A stretch of 64,000 nt of DNA from an uncultured virus (IMG/VR IMGVR_UViG_3300020381_000001) (IMGVR_UViG_3300020381_000001), one strand, 5' to 3'. Shown: positions 19,513-27,469, counted from the first letter of the stretch. Translations and numbers: made by a program. The notes: generated by a model from the sequence alone, not told the origin.

Positions 19513-20474
19513 TGAGAGACACAATTCTATTTGGAGATTGTCGGGAGACACTCAAACAATTTGATGAGCAAGCAAGGACTTGTATCACATCCCCACCATA
19601 CTACGGATTGCGTGACTATGGTGGAGAACAAAACCAAATCGGTCAGGAACAAACACCTGATGATTTCATTGACCAATTAATTACAGTATTCAAGGAGGTT
19701 CGCAATGTGCTTACAGATGATGGAACTTGTTGGGTTAATCTTGGGGATAGTTACTATAACTACAGACCTGGAAAAGGACAAGGATTACCAAGACAAAGTG
19801 TCTCAACTACTAAACAAGACTTACCAGATGTGTGTCCTCGTAGAGGAAATAAAATTAGAGGACTCAAAGAAAAAGACCTTATTGGAATCCCATGGCAATT
19901 CGCTTTCGCAATGAGAAATGATGGATGGTATCTTAGACAGGACATAATTTGGCACAAACCAAATCCGATGCCAGAGAGTGTCAAGGACAGGTGTACGAAG
20001 TCGCACGAATATATATTTTTGTTTAGTAAAAATAAAAAGTACTACTACGATAATGAAGCAATCAAAGAACCCGCAAAAGATTGGGGAACAAGAGACAGAA
20101 CAAAAGGAAAATACCATAACGAAGGAACAGGACTACAACCACATTCGGGACTTACAAAATCATATCCAACAAAGAATAAACGATCTGTCTGGTCAGTAAC
20201 CAATAAACCATATCGTGAAGCACATTTTGCCACATATCCACCTGACTTGATTGAACCTTGCATACTGGCAGGGAGTGAGACAGGAGATATAATACTTGAC
20301 CCATTCATGGGTAGTGGCACAACTGCTATGGTTGCCAAGTCACTTGGTCGTGATTACATAGGGTGTGAACTACATGAAGACTATGGTAGTCTAATTCAGA
20401 AAAGAATACAAGATTATCATCCAGTTCAAGAAGTGTCACAAGAACCTACTATTAACATATTAGATCTTATATAA
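19512..20474 (+). CDS. DNA methyltransferase, N4-C/N6-A, beta class
   Basis: TSPPY catalytic motif precedes the DPFMGSGTT SAM-binding motif; also IIWHKPN and HFATYP. Confidence 0.92.
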   Translation: MRDTILFGDCRETLKQFDEQARTCITSPPYYGLRDYGGEQNQIGQEQTPDDFIDQLITVFKEVRNVLTDDGTCWVNLGDSYYNYRPGKGQGLPRQSVSTTKQDLPDVCPRRGNKIRGLKEKDLIGIPWQFAFAMRNDGWYLRQDIIWHKPNPMPESVKDRCTKSHEYIFLFSKNKKYYYDNEAIKEPAKDWGTRDRTKGKYHNEGTGLQPHSGLTKSYPTKNKRSVWSVTNKPYREAHFATYPPDLIEPCILAGSETGDIILDPFMGSGTTAMVAKSLGRDYIGCELHEDYGSLIQKRIQDYHPVQEVSQEPTINILDLI

Positions 20475-20475
20475 T
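20418..20475 (+). promoter_or_regulatory. Palindrome + -10 promoter, copy 2 (inside the MTase 3' end)
   Basis: CATCCAGTTCAAGAAGTGTCAC-30 nt-TATAAT. Confidence 0.65.
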
Positions 20476-20499
20476 AAGAATATACAAAGGAGATAACCT

Positions 20500-20640
20500 A
20501 TGAAATGCGAAGTCAAACTATTTGTTGCAGGTACAGTTTTTACTGAAGAAGTAAATGCTCGTAACTATGATGAAGCAAGACAAGTTGCAGTTGCAAGAAA
20601 TCCAAATGCAAGAGTAATCGGAGTTAATGCGAAGTTCTAA
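20500..20640 (+). CDS. Small hypothetical protein (46 aa, MKCEVKLFVAG...)
   Basis: AGGAG RBS, directly after the promoter. Not in the ORF track. Confidence 0.75.
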   Translation: MKCEVKLFVAGTVFTEEVNARNYDEARQVAVARNPNARVIGVNAKF

Positions 20641-20887
20641 CTATCAGAAGTTTTATCCTACCACATTTCCATCTTTACTTGACCCAAAAATAGGTCAACC
20701 AAGTGGATATATAACAAAGGATGGGATGTGGGCAGCAGTTCCATCAAATGGTAGAAAGTTTGCCATCGTACACAATGGTATCATTGAACACTTCTCAAAG
20801 AATTTTGAATGTGCTATGATATACATAAAAAAAGGTATTCAAAAGGAGAAGAACGATGCACGATCAAAACTCAATCGACAAAAATGA
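20627..20887 (+). CDS. Hypothetical protein
   Basis: ORF in a tightly packed operon. Confidence 0.65.
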   Translation: MRSSNYQKFYPTTFPSLLDPKIGQPSGYITKDGMWAAVPSNGRKFAIVHNGIIEHFSKNFECAMIYIKKGIQKEKNDARSKLNRQK

Positions 20888-21161
20888 GACACCCTCTATG
20901 AAATATGATAGAGCATTATCTCTATTCACAGAGTCAGTAATGAAACCAGACCACGATTTGCGTGGATGCGCTCATAATCAAGCATGTTATGATGAGTTAC
21001 TAGAGATTCGAGAACATGTTTTAAAATATTTAAAGACTTTAAAAGAAGTTACACATCATACAAATGCAGACGAGAGTGATGATTTAGAGACTGCAAAGTT
21101 AATTAAAGAAAAACCACACTACCCTAATGACCAAAAACCATATTATGCGAAGTGGAGATGA
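20856..21161 (+). CDS. Hypothetical protein
   Basis: AGGAG RBS; 101 aa. Confidence 0.7.
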   Translation: MHDQNSIDKNETPSMKYDRALSLFTESVMKPDHDLRGCAHNQACYDELLEIREHVLKYLKTLKEVTHHTNADESDDLETAKLIKEKPHYPNDQKPYYAKWR

Positions 21162-21307
21162 GTCTTAAAATAAATCAAAATGACAATGGTTCATTTACTG
21201 TTGAGTGGGATAAAAAAGATCCTAATTGGATGTTTCTTAATAAGTTGACATCTGAAGAGATACAAGATATGATAAGTGAAGTTATCAAACTTGATAAAAA
21301 TGAGTGA
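21158..21307 (+). CDS. Small hypothetical protein (49 aa, MSLKINQNDNGSFTVEWD...)
   Basis: ATGA overlap with the upstream stop. Not in the track. Confidence 0.65.
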   Translation: MSLKINQNDNGSFTVEWDKKDPNWMFLNKLTSEEIQDMISEVIKLDKNE

Positions 21308-21539
21308 AGACAAAAACTACTGTCTTGAACAATTAGAACTATGGATTGAAGCATCACTAGATAGTGAAGCAACACCAGAGGAAATTTACAACAGTATTCG
21401 ATCATCAATCGCAAGTAAAATTACACATCATAACATATATTTGAATGATTCGAGAGAGTTATTATCTTTACTGAGTGGTAAGATTTCAAATGTTAGTACT
21501 AGACCAAAAAAGGTGTCAAAACCTACTAAAAAAGTATAA
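21300..21539 (+). CDS. Hypothetical protein
   Basis: Likely start MSEDKNY, overlapping the upstream stop. Confidence 0.6.
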   Translation: MSEDKNYCLEQLELWIEASLDSEATPEEIYNSIRSSIASKITHHNIYLNDSRELLSLLSGKISNVSTRPKKVSKPTKKV

Positions 21540-21560
21540 ATACAAAAGGAGGTAACTATT

Positions 21561-21824
21561 ATGACAATTAAACATGATCTAGACCACGAAGTTTATCTTG
21601 ACCCTAAAGATAAAAAGGAACATATCAATCATGGTATGTTGGAATATAAAGAATCAGAACTCGAAGAAGTACATGCAGATTATGAAGTATATCATAAAGA
21701 TGATGTAGTAGAACCAAATGAAGGTAAAATTAACGATTGGCATACTCGTCACGAGGATAAACATTTAGAAATATATTGTGATAACCATCCTGACGCTTTT
21801 GAGTGCAGAGTGTACGATGATTAG
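21561..21824 (+). CDS. cp12: CP12 Calvin-cycle inhibitor-like protein
   Basis: C-terminal LEIYCDNHPDAFECRVYDD is the CP12 signature. AGGAGG RBS; TATAAATA at 21535-21542. Confidence 0.85.
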   Translation: MTIKHDLDHEVYLDPKDKKEHINHGMLEYKESELEEVHADYEVYHKDDVVEPNEGKINDWHTRHEDKHLEIYCDNHPDAFECRVYDD

Positions 21825-21879
21825 GACACTTAAATAACTGTCACACCCTCTTGCACAGAGGGTTTTTTATTGCTATAAT
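21823..21879 (+). promoter_or_regulatory. Palindrome + terminator-like hairpin + -10 promoter, copy 3
   Basis: AGGACACTTAAATAACTGTCAC, then ACCCTC-N7-GAGGGT-TTTTT, with TATAAT 29 nt after the palindrome. Confidence 0.8.
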
Positions 21880-21886
21880 AAGTACA

Positions 21887-21968
21887 GGGAAACAAAACAG
21901 GCAAGGATCTATGGTTGTCTTTGTTCAGCAGAGAAATTACGTCCTGTAAGTCCGAGTTTTTGTTTCTC
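21887..21968 (+). ncRNA. Candidate structured leader/ncRNA
   Basis: Begins at the expected TSS. GGGAAACAAAAC pairs with GTTTTTGTTTCTC; internal G-U-rich stem GGCAAGGAT/GTCTTTGTT. Confidence 0.5.
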
Positions 21969-21992
21969 GCACCCAATTAATCCCTTATTCCT

Positions 21993-22385
21993 ATGGTAAA
22001 AACAATTCTATCCGAAGAAACACAAGAATTACTTAATGATGTTGATGATAGAGATACAGCACTTGAGTTTATTGAGAAATATGGAGAAGAAGCATTTAGA
22101 GAGCATTATGATGACTATCAAGGACAAGTAGATGAGTTAGGTATCGAACCAGTTGAAGCATTTATAGAGGTATTCAGCATTGATGATGTTGCAAATGTAG
22201 TTGACTCATATCAAGGTAGTTACTATAGTGGTGCTGACTTTGCCGAGCAATTATGCCAAGATTGTGGTTACATATCAAATGATATGCCAAGTTGGATTGA
22301 GATAGATTGGGAGAAGACTTGGGATAGATCATTATCCTATGACTATTATGAGCATGATGGTCACATTTTTAGTGCGAATTGGTGA
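21993..22385 (+). CDS. ArdA-like antirestriction (DNA-mimic) protein
   Basis: Very acidic. YQGSY.S.ADFAEQL....GY....P.WI.IDWE..W..L..DY resembles the ArdA C-terminal domain. Confidence 0.65.
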   Translation: MVKTILSEETQELLNDVDDRDTALEFIEKYGEEAFREHYDDYQGQVDELGIEPVEAFIEVFSIDDVANVVDSYQGSYYSGADFAEQLCQDCGYISNDMPSWIEIDWEKTWDRSLSYDYYEHDGHIFSANW

Positions 22386-22440
22386 CAGTTAAATATGTGT
22401 CACATCATCCCTACCAATTTGACTTGGTAGGGTTTATAAT
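22382..22440 (+). promoter_or_regulatory. Palindrome + hairpin + -10 promoter, copy 4
   Basis: GTGACAGTTAAATATGTGTCAC, a CCCTACCAA/TTGGTAGGG hairpin, and TATAAT at 31 nt. Confidence 0.8.
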
Positions 22441-22465
22441 AAGTATATACAACAGACAACCCTCT

Positions 22466-22720
22466 ATGTCAAACTTCAAAGAATTTTTAGACTACTGTGA
22501 GTCATTCTACTTACCATCACACCCAGATGTCTTATATCCTATTAACGGATTAACCAGAGAAGAGTTAGCACTTGCAACTCTTAACTATCTTGACCTATGT
22601 GCATCAACTAATATTGAATGGGGCGATGGAGACTCACTTGATAGAGAAAGAGTCAGACAGTTTGTAATTGACCGCAGAGCAACTAAACCACAACTACCAG
22701 TATTACAGGAGGTTGCATAA
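22466..22720 (+). CDS. Hypothetical early protein
   Basis: Start moved to the ATG (MSNFKEF) downstream of the promoter. Confidence 0.7.
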   Translation: MSNFKEFLDYCESFYLPSHPDVLYPINGLTREELALATLNYLDLCASTNIEWGDGDSLDRERVRQFVIDRRATKPQLPVLQEVA

Positions 22721-22851
22721 TGAACAAATACGAAATTACATGGGATGAACAGTATCATCTAATTAAACTCTATGATCTACTTAGAGATAATGGTATGATG
22801 AATGATCTACCAAAAGAAATCGAAACCTTTTTTGAAAAACTATTAGACTAA
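22720..22851 (+). CDS. Small hypothetical protein (43 aa)
   Basis: GGAGG RBS with TAATG coupling at both ends. Confidence 0.65.
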   Translation: MNKYEITWDEQYHLIKLYDLLRDNGMMNDLPKEIETFFEKLLD

Positions 22852-23030
22852 TGACAACAGCAAATGAACTCATCTATGAAGTTGCATCAATCATACATGA
22901 TGACCCAGACACAGCACCAATTCTAATCGAAGAGTTAGTGAGTATGCTATCAAGACAACAATTAAATGAACTTGAAGATGTCATTGTAAATCAATTTGGT
23001 GTGGAAGTTCATGGAGAAGAGACAGTTTAA
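22851..23030 (+). CDS. Small hypothetical protein (59 aa)
   Basis: TAATG coupling; ends inside the next palindrome. Confidence 0.65.
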   Translation: MTTANELIYEVASIIHDDPDTAPILIEELVSMLSRQQLNELEDVIVNQFGVEVHGEETV

Positions 23031-23076
23031 TATGTGTCACACACTACCACGCATAGGGTATAAAATGCCTTATAAT
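23019..23076 (+). promoter_or_regulatory. Palindrome + -10 promoter, copy 5
   Basis: GAGACAGTTTAATATGTGTCAC-30 nt-TATAAT. Confidence 0.8.
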
Positions 23077-23101
23077 AGTAATATAAACAAAGGATTTTCA
23101 A

Positions 23102-23650
23102 ATGACAGTCTCATCACTCAATTTTTCAACCGAAGCACCATTAAAAAACGAATCCTTAGAGGATTTCATCAAAAGAGATCAGATCAAACAACAACTCAGA
23201 GAGAATGTTAAGGTCTGGACTGAGCAGTATTGTGATGCTATTACAGAGAACTATAAAGAATATCACATCAGATCATTAAACAGAAATGTTGAGAGATACC
23301 AAGATGGTAAACCAGAATTATCTGATTATGCAAAGCAACAACTTGCAGAGTTGGAAGATGGTTCAGCAAAGTTAATGAAGTTTCGTATCCAAGAAGGTCG
23401 TAAGTATTACAAAGTAATACAACAGAATTATCGTGAGTACAATGACTACTACCCAAATCTAAAAGAAGGTTATCATGATGGAAGTGTTCATTCATTTGTT
23501 GATAAGAACACAGGGGAAGTTTACATGGCAGCATCATGGAGCAAACCTGCAAAGCATGTTCGTTTTGATATGAGAGTGATAAGAGACAGGACATTGATGC
23601 ACACACCAAGTTTTGTAACTTGGACTTCTGGTTACTTATACATGAGGTAA
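23102..23650 (+). CDS. Conserved T4-like phage early protein of unknown function
   Basis: GRKYYKV...SVHSFVDKNTGEVY.AASW.KPAK.VR motif, as recalled from myophage early proteins. Confidence 0.7.
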   Translation: MTVSSLNFSTEAPLKNESLEDFIKRDQIKQQLRENVKVWTEQYCDAITENYKEYHIRSLNRNVERYQDGKPELSDYAKQQLAELEDGSAKLMKFRIQEGRKYYKVIQQNYREYNDYYPNLKEGYHDGSVHSFVDKNTGEVYMAASWSKPAKHVRFDMRVIRDRTLMHTPSFVTWTSGYLYMR

Positions 23651-23655
23651 ATACA

Positions 23656-23919
23656 ATGCTAGTTGATTTAACTAAAAAAGAGATACAAATGTTGTTAGCA
23701 TCAATGATGAATGATGCTAACACATCCAATGGACACAGCACTTTGTATGATAAGTTGTCAAACTTAGAGAAGGTATGCACTTGTAAAGAGAGTGATAATT
23801 ATCTTGATAGTCTATCTGAAGGTTATGATACCAAAGTTGATGCACTTGTTGATAGTATGGGTGTGACAGATAAACAAGTGTCCACTACACACACACGCAA
23901 GGACTTAGACTTGCTATAA
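23656..23919 (+). CDS. Hypothetical protein
   Basis: GAGGT RBS before ATG 23656. Confidence 0.6.
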   Translation: MLVDLTKKEIQMLLASMMNDANTSNGHSTLYDKLSNLEKVCTCKESDNYLDSLSEGYDTKVDALVDSMGVTDKQVSTTHTRKDLDLL

Positions 23920-23920
23920 T
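23863..23920 (+). promoter_or_regulatory. Palindrome + -10 promoter, copy 6
   Basis: GTGACAGATAAACAAGTGTCCA-30 nt-TATAAT. Confidence 0.75.
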
Positions 23921-23949
23921 AATAGTATAAACAAAGAGGTTTCCCACTC

Positions 23950-24189
23950 ATGCCAAGCACAAAACAAAAGTATTGGAACATATGCGGATTTCTAAATGAT
24001 GAAGAAATTCTCAAAGTATATGACATCATTGATAATGCACTTGACCGCAAAGGTTGGGTCGGTCTTGCAGACAATGGAGAGTTATCTATTCGCATTTATG
24101 ATGATAACCTCAAACAGAACATTGATGCAGATACAGAGTATGACCCCGAACCTTGCGAACCTGACCATCCATTCTTTTACGACTACTAA
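23950..24189 (+). CDS. Hypothetical early protein
   Basis: First ORF after the promoter; 79 aa. Confidence 0.7.
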   Translation: MPSTKQKYWNICGFLNDEEILKVYDIIDNALDRKGWVGLADNGELSIRIYDDNLKQNIDADTEYDPEPCEPDHPFFYDY

Positions 24190-24193
24190 TCCA

Positions 24194-24436
24194 ATGACAC
24201 CAGAATTACTAAACGAACTCAGGTCATTCTTAGTTGAGAGAATGGTCGATAATATGTCAACTTCAGACTTGGTTGCCTATGTGACTGATGATCTTGACCA
24301 GTATTATGATAAGATGTCTCACTTTCAGTTTATGGAGGAAGCACGAAACTACTGGGAAGATAGTTTTGATGAAGTGGTCGAAGAGGTCAAGGACTACATG
24401 AAGTGTGACTTCAAACAGGACAGGAGGGAGGTCTAA
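24194..24436 (+). CDS. Hypothetical acidic protein
   Basis: Start moved to MTPELL (24194), after the upstream stop. Confidence 0.7.
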   Translation: MTPELLNELRSFLVERMVDNMSTSDLVAYVTDDLDQYYDKMSHFQFMEEARNYWEDSFDEVVEEVKDYMKCDFKQDRREV

Positions 24437-24513
24437 TGCAGTTACTATTGATACTTGTAATCATCATACTTTTTGCTATAATATACTTAAGATCATTTGA
24501 CCCACATGCTTAA
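24436..24513 (+). CDS. 25-aa single-pass membrane peptide
   Basis: GGAGG RBS and TAATG coupling; MQLLLILVIIILFAIIYLRSFDPHA. Confidence 0.5.
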   Translation: MQLLLILVIIILFAIIYLRSFDPHA

Positions 24514-25432
24514 TACACATATTGAACACCCCGAAGATACCATTCTAACAGGTAATCTTGATTTCTTGAAGGCAGTCAAGTCTTATATAGTCGCACCACA
24601 TGGTCATGTATCAGTCAAGATTGATGGTTCGCCAGCAATTATATGGGGAACACATCCTGTTACTCATAAGTTTTTTGTTGGCACGAAGTCAGTATTTAAT
24701 CGGAAGTTGATTAAGGTCAACTATACACATAAGGACATTGACAAAAACCATACTGGTTATGTTGCCATTGTGTTACATGCCTGTCTATCCAATCTACCGA
24801 AGACAATCAACATCTATCAGGGAGACTTTCTTGGATTTGGTGGAGAGAGTGTATTCCAACCAAATACAGTTACCTATGTATTTCCTGAGAATGTAGAGCA
24901 GACAATCGTGGTTGCACCACATACACAGTATGAGGTCGATCAATGTACGGACAATGCCAGTTTCAATCCATTGAGAGACACCATTGCAATACCACTCTAT
25001 GATACGTTAGACAGCAATGAGAAGGTTTATTTCTATCAACCAATCGCAATCATGAGTGTGAGTGAGTCATTGAGAAGTCGTATTGACTTTGCACTACAGA
25101 TGGCACAGATGGTCAAATTTGTGAATAAGACCGAAGCAAACCTTTTAAAGGGAGAACTCAATCAGTATATCAGAGAAGGTAAGAAGATTGATTCAAGTGA
25201 TTTCGGAGACTACAATCTAAGTCTCATCGGATTCTATAATCTCATCGTGGAGATCAAAGAAGAACTGTTATCATCCTGTCAGAGCAATCAAGTCGCAATG
25301 ACATTGATCGAAGGAGAGGAGTGTGATGGGGAAGGTTATGTATTCCATAGTGGTTATGGTTCATTTAAATTGGTGGATAGAAGATATTTTAGTTACTATA
25401 ATTTTAATTTGGTAAAGGAGTGGAGCGGTTAA
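24506..25432 (+). CDS. Conserved myophage protein (DUF6267-like) with ligase-type KxDG motif
   Basis: NTHIEHPED, SVKIDGSPAI.WG, YQGDF, EGYV...KLVDR..FS. Confidence 0.65.
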   Translation: MLNTHIEHPEDTILTGNLDFLKAVKSYIVAPHGHVSVKIDGSPAIIWGTHPVTHKFFVGTKSVFNRKLIKVNYTHKDIDKNHTGYVAIVLHACLSNLPKTINIYQGDFLGFGGESVFQPNTVTYVFPENVEQTIVVAPHTQYEVDQCTDNASFNPLRDTIAIPLYDTLDSNEKVYFYQPIAIMSVSESLRSRIDFALQMAQMVKFVNKTEANLLKGELNQYIREGKKIDSSDFGDYNLSLIGFYNLIVEIKEELLSSCQSNQVAMTLIEGEECDGEGYVFHSGYGSFKLVDRRYFSYYNFNLVKEWSG

Positions 25433-25480
25433 TTAACTGTCACACACCACACCCCATATAGTTCAGTATCGGACTATAAT
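25422..25480 (+). promoter_or_regulatory. Palindrome + -10 promoter, copy 7
   Basis: GGAGCGGTTAATTAACTGTCAC-31 nt-TATAAT. Confidence 0.7.
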
Positions 25481-25505
25481 AGTAGTATAAACAAAGAAAA
25501 CCCAC

Positions 25506-25727
25506 ATGACAAACACAGACCAATTAATCGCAGACATCGCATTTTGCATTGATGAACGTGATATGAATGATGAGCAGATCGGACTTTTTCTTCGTGCATC
25601 AGAAGAGTTAGGTGTTAATTGCCAGTATCTTGCAGAAGAATTTGTATTTGAGAGTGAGTCAATGGAGGAGTTTGAGAGACTACATCTCAATCCTGACTAT
25701 CTTAAAATCGACTGGAGGTTAAACTAA
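25506..25727 (+). CDS. Hypothetical early protein
   Basis: First ORF after the promoter. Confidence 0.7.
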   Translation: MTNTDQLIADIAFCIDERDMNDEQIGLFLRASEELGVNCQYLAEEFVFESESMEEFERLHLNPDYLKIDWRLN

Positions 25728-25870
25728 TGAAAACACTTAATCTCACAGAGAATGAGTACAACTTAGTTGTTTATTGCTTAGAGCAACAAATGTATGAGTT
25801 TAATAAGGATGAGCAGAATGATGCAAATAACATTGTAATTAAACTATCCAACTTAGTGGAGTCAAAGTAA
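25727..25870 (+). CDS. Small hypothetical protein (47 aa)
   Basis: GGAGG RBS and TAATG coupling. Not in the track. Confidence 0.65.
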   Translation: MKTLNLTENEYNLVVYCLEQQMYEFNKDEQNDANNIVIKLSNLVESK

Positions 25871-26098
25871 ATGAAAACCATTACACTCACAGATGACCAG
25901 TTTGACACACTCTTTGATTATGTTGATGACAAAGTAACAACGATTGTTGATGCTTCAGTTGACTATCAAGACTCAGAGATACTGAATGAGTGGGAAGACT
26001 TGATTGATGTTCATACACTATTAGAGGAAACCAAAGACAAGTATGAACAGAAACTTGCAAAGGCACAGAGTCAGCAACCGACCCCACAATGGTCTTGA
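25871..26098 (+). CDS. Hypothetical protein
   Basis: Abuts the upstream stop; GGAG RBS. Confidence 0.65.
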   Translation: MKTITLTDDQFDTLFDYVDDKVTTIVDASVDYQDSEILNEWEDLIDVHTLLEETKDKYEQKLAKAQSQQPTPQWS

Positions 26099-26123
26099 CA
26101 AACTCTCACATATCCATTATAAT
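26095..26123 (+). promoter_or_regulatory. Consensus sigma70 promoter
   Basis: TTGACA-17-TATAAT. Confidence 0.8.
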
Positions 26124-26150
26124 ATACGCAAGGAGAAAAACATCAAATTA

Positions 26151-26381
26151 ATGAAAAATCTTTATATTGTTGATTATTGGGTTCCGTTTCCTCAATCTGA
26201 ATATGGTGGAATTATCAATGTTATTGCCGAGACGGATTCCGAGGTTTTTGACCTATTATCAGCAGAAGACTCTTTTAATGAGTCATATATAGATCGTATT
26301 ATGCCAAATGTGTTAAAGGCACAGAAACTTCCTTTATCTGAGGAGTATGAGTCGGGCATTATCGAAGCATTTGTGACTTAA
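26151..26381 (+). CDS. Cyanophage hypothetical protein (YIVDYWVPFPQSEYGG)
   Basis: Start moved to ATG 26151, after the promoter and AGGAG. Confidence 0.75.
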   Translation: MKNLYIVDYWVPFPQSEYGGIINVIAETDSEVFDLLSAEDSFNESYIDRIMPNVLKAQKLPLSEEYESGIIEAFVT

Positions 26382-26410
26382 TAAATCAAGTCAGTATTAA
26401 CTTAACTATC

Positions 26411-26572
26411 ATGGAACCACAGTATCGAATCATGGAACAATCAACTACAGGATGGGTTGATTGGAATGAACAAACACCATCAATGACAAAGGAAGACTGT
26501 CAAGAGTTATACAGATCTCTTTTAGGAGACGGTATGAACCCACAGGACATTAAAATCGTAAGAGTGTCATAA
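26411..26572 (+). CDS. Small hypothetical protein (53 aa)
   Basis: MEPQYRIMEQSTTGW...G.NPQDIKIVRVS; TAATG coupling to the next gene. Confidence 0.65.
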   Translation: MEPQYRIMEQSTTGWVDWNEQTPSMTKEDCQELYRSLLGDGMNPQDIKIVRVS

Positions 26573-26919
26573 TGTATCAACCCCACGTCAATGATTATGT
26601 CAGATGGGATCGACATGGACTAAGTGATGAGGGATGGATATATTTTGTAAGTCAACCAACAGAAGATAAGAAGGGATTTCCAGTTACTCGGAGATACTTA
26701 ACCATTGAGGTGGGAGTCAAAAGAAAACCAGAGTGTCAATATGATAAGAGGAATCCACATAATTATGTACATATTCTTCTATTATGTTATGAATCACAAT
26801 GGAAAGAGTTGAGATATGTAAAGAAAAGAAAGAGTCGGTATGATGATTCAATCGTACTTGAATCCAAAGAGATTGGGTCTGGAAGTACGGCAACTCAGAA
26901 TACTCACAGAGGACAGTGA
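26572..26919 (+). CDS. Hypothetical protein
   Basis: 115-aa ORF with a coupled start. Confidence 0.7.
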   Translation: MYQPHVNDYVRWDRHGLSDEGWIYFVSQPTEDKKGFPVTRRYLTIEVGVKRKPECQYDKRNPHNYVHILLLCYESQWKELRYVKKRKSRYDDSIVLESKEIGSGSTATQNTHRGQ

Positions 26920-27080
26920 CTTTGTATTGTATGATACACAAATACCTTTTATTTAATTAAAAAAGGTTATTTTAAATATAAAAGAGTGTTTTATACCGAT
27001 GAGTAATCTGTTTAGAATCTGTAGGGAATCTTAATGGATTATGTACCTTATAAATGGGTCTGAGACTTGTGACCTTTGCG

Positions 27081-27109
27081 AGCATAGCATAAGGATCGCA
27101 GTCCGTCAA
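27081..27109 (-). promoter_or_regulatory. sigma70-type promoter on the minus strand with no ATG-started ORF downstream
   Basis: TTGACG-17-TATGCT with an extended TG. Confidence 0.55.
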
Positions 27110-27188
27110 GTATCAGGATCGGGCAAATTTTACATAATGTCACAATTAGTACAGAAGTATTATAAATATATTGTTACATTATATGAAT

Positions 27189-27363
27189 CTCGACTAGATG
27201 TGGGGCATTATGCTTGACAACTCGACGAGATTGCACTATAATAACAGTATACAATTCAAAACTCGACTAGATCTTATGTACGACGATTTAGATTTCGACT
27301 ATACAACAGATCAAGCATTCAATCTCGACGAGGACTATGCAGATAGGTTAGAACTCGACGAGA
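27189..27363 (+). repeat. Six phased (C/T)TCGAC(G/T)A(G/T)(A/G) 10-mers
   Basis: Copies start at 27189, 27221, 27262, 27294, 27324 and 27354. Confidence 0.75.
27214..27242 (+). promoter_or_regulatory. Consensus sigma70 promoter with a repeat unit in its spacer
   Basis: TTGACA-17-TATAAT. Confidence 0.8.
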
Positions 27364-27428
27364 ATGATGATGACCATGCACGAGAAACTACAAACTTTCA
27401 AGAGCTTGCTTATCAGCATTATGCATGA
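27276..27428 (+). CDS. Small, very acidic protein (50 aa)
   Basis: Start moved to MYDDLDF, downstream of the promoter. Confidence 0.6.
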   Translation: MYDDLDFDYTTDQAFNLDEDYADRLELDENDDDHARETTNFQELAYQHYA

Positions 27429-27469
27429 TGTATAAGTACGAGATTTGCATTATAGTAAATCAGACTACA

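Noticed and set aside
21499..21520. Possible extra palindrome copy (AGACCAAAAAAGGTGTCAAA); also a TGTCAC half-site near 27138
   Set aside because: Wrong spacer length or missing left arm, and no TATAAT at 29-31 nt.
21887..21968. tRNA gene
   Set aside because: The length is tRNA-like, but there is no TTC-containing T-arm, D-arm or CCA. No tRNA or rRNA was recognised anywhere in the window.
27189..27363. CRISPR mini-array
   Set aside because: Repeats are only about 10 bp with 20-31 nt gaps, are partly coding, and no cas genes are present.
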